Shown here piece after piece: positions 36,316-38,076 of a stretch of DNA of 38,076 nucleotides (positions are counted from its first letter, which is position 1; every line of letters begins with the position of its first letter). The notes beneath the pieces were generated by a model. The model searched no databases. It was not told the DNA's origin and worked only from the letters and a program-made list of their open reading frames with translations. This DNA comes from an uncultured Eubacteriales bacterium. Its GTDB lineage: Bacteria; Acidobacteriota; Aminicenantia; Aminicenantales; Aminicenantaceae. The DNA is taken from contig CAZXJE010000003.1 in the NCBI GenBank assembly GCA_964640835.1, forward strand, positions 1-38,076, written 5' to 3'. Made by a program: the position numbers and the translations under genes.

Positions 36316-36570
36316 CCTTCTAGGAGTCAGATTGGGAAGCATCTCCAAAACTGTGATGAATAGCGTACCGAGTGTTCCAATTTGTGATTTCGAAAACACG
36401 CTCAGTTTCCCCAGCGAGGAAACTTCGCTCGGATCCGGGCTTCCCTCACATCTCCCACGGGAGATGCACCATGCCCGTCCAGCCCTTCTCACGGTTTTCT
36501 CCACCACACAATTGGGACACTCAATAACGCAAGGTGATTCATGCCATCACGGATTTGGATATGCTTGTGT
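36296..36570 (-). ncRNA. Candidate structured ncRNA of unknown class in a G+C-rich intergenic island
   Basis: Visibly more G+C-rich than the other intergenic DNA. Stable hairpins, for example CATCTCCC/GGGAGATG at 36449-36466. On the minus strand a hairpin (36312-36330) is followed by GATTTTATTT. There is no credible ORF. The class was not recognised. Confidence 0.3.
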
Positions 36571-36651
36571 CTGATTGACACAACATTGATTTGATACTAG
36601 GAATGTTGTATTAAGATGAATCAATCAAATTGGATGAGGAGTTGCGATACG

Positions 36652-37332
36652 ATGGTTTCAAGTAAGAGAGACATTCTCGAGAGGATCGCCATCTGTGTAG
36701 AAAAGGGCAAAGTTAACCTCCAATCACTCCATCCCCCAGATATGAAAAATCAGGAAGGTGCGGATGAATTGGTATGGTTAGCTTTGAAAGAGGAAATACC
36801 TCCCGCCGAAATCTTGGGGAAGGGCTTAGTAGTTGGGATGGGACAAGTTGGAGAAAAATTTCAGAGGAACGAGATATATCTTCCCGATGTTCTGATAGCA
36901 GCAAGAGCGATGACCGCTGGGATGGAGCATCTCAAACCCTATTTTTTATCAGGGGATATACAACACCGGGGGAGAATAGTCATGGGAACGGTGGCCGGAG
37001 ATTTGCACGATATCGGGAAAAAGATTGTGGCAATGATCTTTGAAGGGGGTGGATGGGAAGTCATTGATTGTGGGGTTGATGTTTCAGTAGAAAGCTTTAT
37101 CGAGGCCATAGATCGCTATTCTCCTCAGGCCGTTGGATTGAGTGCTCTTCTCACTACGACAATGGTCAGCATGGAACAGATCACAAATGAAATCAAGTTT
37201 GTGCATCCCGGAGTCTTAGTGGTTATCGGGGGAGCTCCAGTCACAACTGAGTTTGCAAAGAGAATAGGCGCAGACATGTATTCTCCTGATCCACAAGACG
37301 CTCTTGAATTGTTAAATGCATCCTGCACATAA
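36652..37332 (+). CDS. Corrinoid (cobalamin-binding) protein of the MtaC/MtbC/MetH-cap type
   Basis: B12-binding motif GDLHDIGKK (DxHxxG), followed by GGWEVIDCG and a Rossmann-like C-terminus, with an N-terminal helical cap. The ATG at 36652 lies 10 nt after GAGGAG. The ORF extends to 36616. Confidence 0.8.
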   Translation: MVSSKRDILERIAICVEKGKVNLQSLHPPDMKNQEGADELVWLALKEEIPPAEILGKGLVVGMGQVGEKFQRNEIYLPDVLIAARAMTAGMEHLKPYFLSGDIQHRGRIVMGTVAGDLHDIGKKIVAMIFEGGGWEVIDCGVDVSVESFIEAIDRYSPQAVGLSALLTTTMVSMEQITNEIKFVHPGVLVVIGGAPVTTEFAKRIGADMYSPDPQDALELLNASCT

Positions 37333-37384
37333 TGTTTTGCTTTGATTGACGCACTCTTCTTCAGTGTTTAAAAAGATTACAGCC

Positions 37385-37395
37385 AGAATTATTCA
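37385..37395. repeat. Solo near-copy of the 11-bp palindrome (AGAATTATTCA)
   Basis: 10 of 11 positions match. It ends 6 nt upstream of the ATG at 37402. Confidence 0.5.
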
Positions 37396-37401
37396 CAGAA
37401 A

Positions 37402-37944
37402 ATGGCAAAAGCGATATCATTTACGCCTGTAAAACTCATTTGTGGGATCATTGCTTTTCAAGATGACATCTTTGCCAGGTCCACAGCCTATCTCACAGAT
37501 AGTTTCGGGCCCATCGACCATACAAGCACGCTCATGGATTTTAAATTCACTGATTATTATGAGAAGCAGATGGGGGAGGGGCTAAAAAGGAAGTTTATCA
37601 GCTTTTCTGATATTGTTCCGCCTGAAAAGTTGAGCGAAGCAAAGATCCAAACGAACATGATGGAGGAGGAAATAAAAAAGGAGTTTGGATCGGTAAAACG
37701 TATCGTGAATCTCGATCCAGGATACATGACAGCCTCTGCACTAATCTTGGCAACTGCCAAAGATTTTTCCCATAGAATCCCTCTGCAAAAGGGGATCTAT
37801 GCTCATCTGGAGTTTCTTTTTGGAAAGAATGAGGTGAAGACATTGAACTGGACCTACCCAGATTACCGGACAGAAGAATATCAGCGATTTTTCCTCGAAG
37901 TCCGTAAAACCTATCTTGCCCAGCTCAGAAATCTGAATGAATAA
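37402..37944 (+). CDS. Conserved hypothetical protein (from memory resembles the DUF4416 family)
   Basis: 180-aa soluble ORF with normal composition. No catalytic motif recognised. Confidence 0.6.
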   Translation: MAKAISFTPVKLICGIIAFQDDIFARSTAYLTDSFGPIDHTSTLMDFKFTDYYEKQMGEGLKRKFISFSDIVPPEKLSEAKIQTNMMEEEIKKEFGSVKRIVNLDPGYMTASALILATAKDFSHRIPLQKGIYAHLEFLFGKNEVKTLNWTYPDYRTEEYQRFFLEVRKTYLAQLRNLNE

Positions 37945-37956
37945 TTAGATGAAATT

Positions 37957-38076
37957 TGGATTATTCACGATCCGACCCGTCCCGCCCTAACGCCAACCCA
38001 CCCCACCCTAACATTAAGGTTGAGGCAGTGGCCCACGAAGCTGTAGTGAACTACCGCAAGCCGTCCCAACCTAACC
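37957..38076 (+). repeat. Copy E of the structured element (expanded variant), with its 3' part cut off by the window edge
   Basis: Starts with TGGATTATTCA. It contains tandem C-rich modules CCGACCCGTCCCGCCCTAAC (37972-37991) and CCAACCCACCCCACCCTAAC (37993-38012). These are followed by the core (38031-38060, identical to nt 1-30) and module CCGTCCCAACCTAACC. Confidence 0.85.

Noticed and set aside
36316-36615. Cobalamin riboswitch in front of the corrinoid protein gene
   Set aside because: Only fragments are present (GGGAAGC, ACTGTGA). The B12 box (AGCCAGGAGACCTGCC-like) and the GCCACTG element are missing on both strands. B12 riboswitches rarely control B12-dependent corrinoid proteins. 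The region is kept only as an unclassified ncRNA candidate.
1-38076. Possible circular replicon, suggested by the identical 30-mer at both ends
   Set aside because: The shared 30-mer is internal at the right end, with 16 further nt following it, and the flanks diverge. There are no plasmid or phage replication genes. The content is chromosomal housekeeping. A repeat-induced assembly break is the simpler explanation.
1-38076. CRISPR arrays, tRNA/rRNA genes, transposases/integrases, toxin-antitoxin pairs and known defence-system genes
   Set aside because: None were found on either strand. The only short repeats are the element family described above, which has no regular repeat-spacer periodicity.

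Overview
This is a 38-kb, moderately AT-rich bacterial chromosomal segment. I saw no rRNA, tRNA, CRISPR array, transposase or phage genes. The housekeeping content is pepD, galK, znuACB, metK-ahcY, sat plus cysC (PAPS synthesis), asnS, a corrinoid protein, and a tightly overlapping rimO-pgpA-cinA-thpR-plsY-gpsA operon. Two things stand out.
(1) Between about 5.6 and 23 kb there is an 11.6-kb minus-strand operon. It encodes a STAS protein, two tandem 830-aa TLC (ATP/ADP-translocase family)-HEAT fusion transporters and an FHA-GAF-PP2C phosphatase. These are followed by two secreted M16 proteins that both lack the HxxEH zinc site, and a fused FTCD. This operon faces a divergent plus-strand cluster. 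That cluster encodes a signal-peptide PPP-family phosphatase, a third TLC transporter, and three signal-peptide paralogues with type-II-PI4K-like kinase motifs, one of them catalytically degenerate. I propose, as inference only, an extracytoplasmic nucleotide-supply and phosphorylation system linked to sigma-less partner switching.
(2) There are five copies of a modular 190-300-nt intergenic element; two copies are cut by the window ends. Each has covariation-supported helices, C-rich insertion modules, a variable hairpin with a T-tract, and 11-bp terminal inverted palindromes. This is a candidate new sRNA or MITE-like family.
A G+C-rich structured intergenic island at 36.3-36.6 kb is a weaker ncRNA candidate. 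All functional calls rest on motif recognition by eye; no searches were run.
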